Notes under the pieces: generated by a model | What the model was told of the DNA's origin: nothing | Database searches by the model: none | Seen by the model: only the letters and a program-made list of their open reading frames with translations | In this document: positions 61,021-64,000 of the stretch, one piece after another | How the letters are laid out: each line of letters starts with the position of its first letter | Numbering within the stretch: the stretch's first letter is position 1 | Translations under genes and position numbers: made by a program | DNA from: Candidatus Margulisiibacteriota bacterium | Lineage (GTDB): Bacteria; Margulisbacteria; WOR-1; O2-12-FULL-45-9 | Assembly (NCBI GenBank): GCA_034723395.1 | Contig: JAYEOW010000029.1 | Span: 86,828-150,827, forward strand | DNA: 64,000 nt | Reading direction: 5' to 3'

Positions 61021-63812
61021 TTCCTAAAAAATCTCCATCCAGCTGGGGACATGGTGACGGTATTAGCTTCATCAGTTTCGACAACATAGCGAGTGATCAT
61101 CGATTCGGATTCGCCCTCGGGTGAACCTGACATACAAGCAAACCTGGTATTATATCCGACCAGGTTTAACGGCTTTGGTGAATAGATATCAAAAGGCATC
61201 TGGTTGTTTTTTATCGCGGCATAAACTGCCCAGATTGCTAGAGCGCGCATATATTTAGGAGCTCGTCCAGATTCCATACCGTATCTCTTCTTTTTATTGT
61301 TATAACGGAAGTCATCGGGATTAACATAACCTTCAGGAGTCCGTCCGAACCAATGTTGGCTATCGGGGCTGTTACTGTAGACGACATTATAGAAGCCGTG
61401 GACAATTTTCCAGCCATTCTCGACCAGTTGCTGATTATTGGTCTCTTTTCCTAGACGAATCTGATAGGCAGCGTTTAAAAGCATCGCACCGGTCCACCCT
61501 TCGTCGCCCTGTTCGGTTTTGTTCTGAGCTCCATCAAATCCACGAAGGTTTACCAAACCTAATGGACCATGGTTGCCGACGTTGCTCCAAGCCTCTCCAT
61601 TAATACTATATATGGTATTAAGAGCGTAAGCTGCCCGATCATTTGGAACTACTGGATCAAGATCGGTTATTCGTGCATAAAAGTCGCCAAAAAGCATATC
61701 GGAGTGGATATTAGTGTTTGGCTCCGAATTGTCCAGTGCACTAAAAGCATTGTAATAGCCATTATCATTCCAAAGTTTTGCCAAGACTTTTTTCCCAGCA
61801 TCATACCAAGCTATATATTTATCGAGGGTCTTATCGTCCCCTACTAGAGCGGCCATTTTCTGGGCGGCTTCTAGTGCTCCTAACCACTGAGTTACGACGT
61901 TAGGAGTATATCCTTTTCCCGAAATGGTATCGTAGGTCCAATCGGGAATCCCTTTTGATTTTGGAACATGAGTAATTTTATCGGCCCATCTATTTTCTAA
62001 TGTATCCAGCGACATCTTTACCGAAGGATAGATCGTTTTAATAAAATCGATATCACGCTTTCCGGTCTGATCGAAAACAAACATATAATAACGCCAGGTC
62101 CTTAAGGCGAATTTGGGGGCGAGATCGATCCACATATTGGCGTTTGACCAATTAAAACCGTTACAGGTGTTGGTAAATGGGAAGAGTCCGTTGTCTTGGA
62201 AGCCGCCTAGATCGTGACAGACTGTTCCGGCTTCTTTAGCTGGACCCCAATAAAGGTCTTTATAATGACTAGGGACAGTATTGGTCCAGCGATCGGTCCC
62301 CTTCCAGTGGCGGGTGGGATCGTGAAGGGGAACTAGACGACCGAATTCTAAAAGATCGCTCTTTTCTAGTTTTGGAAAGAGCGCCAAGATTGCCCAGGTG
62401 TAGGAATTGACGTCCGAAGTGTTGTACATCTTATAATCAATACTTTCGAGATAAGCAAAGCGTCCCTGATCGGCCTCCCAAATGCCGGTTTCAGGGAGGA
62501 TATAGAGCTCGTTCAGTAGAGCTTGTTTGAAAAAGTTTGGCAGTGCTGGATCGTTAATAATGGTATCTTGAAAGTCGTCGATCTGTCCTTTCCAGCTAGC
62601 AAAATTATTTAGTGCATCCTGTGCGATATCTTTTGCATTTTGTCCAGATGCGCTATAAAAATTTGTATAAAACTTTGGCATGCGGATTGCATGGCTTTTT
62701 GGGTCGGTTACTTTCTTTTGGAATAAATAAAATGGATTGTCATAAGCTACAACTACCGGGTGTTTGATCGTCTCTCCAGGTTGAAGTGTAAGCGTTATAT
62801 TTAAGGTGCCGACATTTCCACTAGTGTTCTCAGAAACAAATGCTTGTCCTGGAATACTATTAGAAACCAGCGCAATTTGCCCAGCCAATCCCATGCCATC
62901 CCTTACTAGCTTTCTTTGGTCTCCTTTTTGTTTGAAAACAATTCCGGTGGTGTTTCCTGTATTAAAACTTTCGCTATAATTATTTTTACTATCCCTTACC
63001 CAGGCGAGTTTAGCATTTGGATTTTTGGGATTGTTCTTCCCGTCTTTTACCCGCCAGCCCAAGATATTTTCGCGGGATACAGTAAAAGTTACATCAATTG
63101 GTTTATTAGTAGGATTATGAGCGATTAATTCGATCATCTCTACCGGCATGCTTGAAGAAATATAATTGCCAGGGATAACTGGGGAGAACTGCATAACCGA
63201 GATAGGGATGTCGAGGTTATAAGATCTTTCAGAATACGGATAGAGGGCATAATAGGTACCTTCGGTGTTAGCAAGATCGTATGAGTTGTTGCCAATACTT
63301 ACCGTGATGTTGTTTGATTCGATCGGATCTTGGATCATGTGTCCAGTTCTAAGGTAAAAGGTTGTATTATCGATTTCATAAAGCGGTGCGCCGAGTCCAC
63401 CTACTGGTAGATAGCTTAATTGATCGTAATCGGACATAGGATAGGGGACCTTCTCGTGGCCAAAGTTTTGAGGAGAGACGATATCGGGCATTGCTCGCTC
63501 GTAAGCGGGGCCGGTGGCTAATCCGCCGAGCGTGGTTTGGCAGAAATTATAGTTTAATCTTCTTAGGGCGTTCCTGATAACGGCGCGGGCAAACGGTTCT
63601 CCGGCTTGCTGATTTTCCTGGGCGTCGGCGGAGGCACGTTGGATCAGGCCTTTTAAACGGCCGTGGATCTCTTCTCCATCGGTATCAATTACTACTCGTT
63701 CTACTAATAGCTCGCTGTAGTTGTCTAATAGATAATGATAAGGATCTGTGCCGATGATCGCACTTGAAAGTTCCTGATTTGACTGGGCGGGGCAGGTTAT
63801 TGGATTTACCAT
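61017..63812 (-). CDS. GH116 (GBA2-like) beta-glucosidase with N-terminal extension
   Basis: PVGGLGA, YALYP, FSPVIPGNY..SSMPV, ALLNELY, FAYLESIDY..YNTSDV, GIPDWTYD, RTPE, YMRALAIW. Confidence 0.85.
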   Translation of the reverse strand: MVNPITCPAQSNQELSSAIIGTDPYHYLLDNYSELLVERVVIDTDGEEIHGRLKGLIQRASADAQENQQAGEPFARAVIRNALRRLNYNFCQTTLGGLATGPAYERAMPDIVSPQNFGHEKVPYPMSDYDQLSYLPVGGLGAPLYEIDNTTFYLRTGHMIQDPIESNNITVSIGNNSYDLANTEGTYYALYPYSERSYNLDIPISVMQFSPVIPGNYISSSMPVEMIELIAHNPTNKPIDVTFTVSRENILGWRVKDGKNNPKNPNAKLAWVRDSKNNYSESFNTGNTTGIVFKQKGDQRKLVRDGMGLAGQIALVSNSIPGQAFVSENTSGNVGTLNITLTLQPGETIKHPVVVAYDNPFYLFQKKVTDPKSHAIRMPKFYTNFYSASGQNAKDIAQDALNNFASWKGQIDDFQDTIINDPALPNFFKQALLNELYILPETGIWEADQGRFAYLESIDYKMYNTSDVNSYTWAILALFPKLEKSDLLEFGRLVPLHDPTRHWKGTDRWTNTVPSHYKDLYWGPAKEAGTVCHDLGGFQDNGLFPFTNTCNGFNWSNANMWIDLAPKFALRTWRYYMFVFDQTGKRDIDFIKTIYPSVKMSLDTLENRWADKITHVPKSKGIPDWTYDTISGKGYTPNVVTQWLGALEAAQKMAALVGDDKTLDKYIAWYDAGKKVLAKLWNDNGYYNAFSALDNSEPNTNIHSDMLFGDFYARITDLDPVVPNDRAAYALNTIYSINGEAWSNVGNHGPLGLVNLRGFDGAQNKTEQGDEGWTGAMLLNAAYQIRLGKETNNQQLVENGWKIVHGFYNVVYSNSPDSQHWFGRTPEGYVNPDDFRYNNKKKRYGMESGRAPKYMRALAIWAVYAAIKNNQMPFDIYSPKPLNLVGYNTRFACMSGSPEGESESMITRYVVETDEANTVTMSPAGWRFFRN

Positions 63813-63841
63813 GATATTTCCTCCTGATATGTTCTATATCA

Positions 63842-63869
63842 TTATCGGTGGTAAAAATAGGAAATTTCA
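63842..63869 (-). promoter_or_regulatory. Sigma-28-like promoter motif, copy 12
   Basis: TGAAATTT-cctatttttacca-CCGATAA, then GGAGG SD and ATG 63812. Confidence 0.78.
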
Positions 63870-63886
63870 CTTTCGGAGGAAATTAT

Positions 63887-63987
63887 CCTCACCCCGTCCC
63901 TCGACTCGCTCCGCTCGCTCGGGACACCCCTCTCCATCTTTGATGGAGAGGGGAATGAATTCGCCGAAGGCGAAGAAAGGGGTGAGG
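63887..63987. repeat. Palindromic intergenic repeat (CCTCACCCC / CCCCTCTCC family) with nested hairpins
   Basis: CCTCACCCC...GGGGTGAGG termini; CCCCTCTCCATC-ttt-GATGGAGAGGGG; TTCGCC-gaa-GGCGAA. Confidence 0.72.
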
Positions 63988-64000
63988 TGAGTGAGGTCAG

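Noticed and set aside
1..64000. tRNA, rRNA, prophage or IS transposase
   Set aside because: No cloverleaf, rRNA-like segment, phage structural gene, integrase or transposase motif was recognised by eye; tRNAscan/Infernal and HMM scans would be needed to exclude them formally.

Overview
A 64 kb bacterial chromosomal window from a probably diderm organism; the PorV-like barrel/SLH protein and gene style suggest, by inference only, a Saganbacteria/Margulisbacteria-like lineage. Housekeeping blocks: LCP-yqeK, a short glmU, glmM, AmmeMemoRadiSam A/B, argC-argJ-argB, a sensor kinase with a degenerate NtrC-like regulator, and a sugar-binding protein-glmS-GH161-GH42-GH94 cluster. These are interleaved with many large orphan genes: a TPR protein, a GNAT-like protein plus methyltransferase, Ig/beta-barrel proteins, a Ser/Thr kinase-PP2C pair, GH16-helical and GH26-TPR-beta-barrel fusions, and a GH116. 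The main result is a bipartite motif, TGAAATT(T/A)-N13-(C/T/A)CGA(T/A), found 12 times with invariant spacing. Each copy lies on the coding strand just upstream of an orphan transcription unit, and I saw none before housekeeping genes. It resembles a sigma-28 (FliA/SigD/WhiG)-type promoter and defines a dispersed regulon whose products mostly lack Sec signal peptides; two of them share an unusual ~85-aa leader ending in AVGCG. Other signals: a PorV-SLH gene next to a protein with a T9SS-CTD-like tail, a CCCTCACCC/CCCTCTCCC palindromic repeat family (two 108-bp copies bracket a three-gene cassette in inverted orientation), heptamer repeats inside coding sequence, and several apparently leaderless sigma-70 transcripts. 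No rRNA, tRNA, CRISPR array or transposase was seen. All family assignments come from motif recognition by eye, not database searches.
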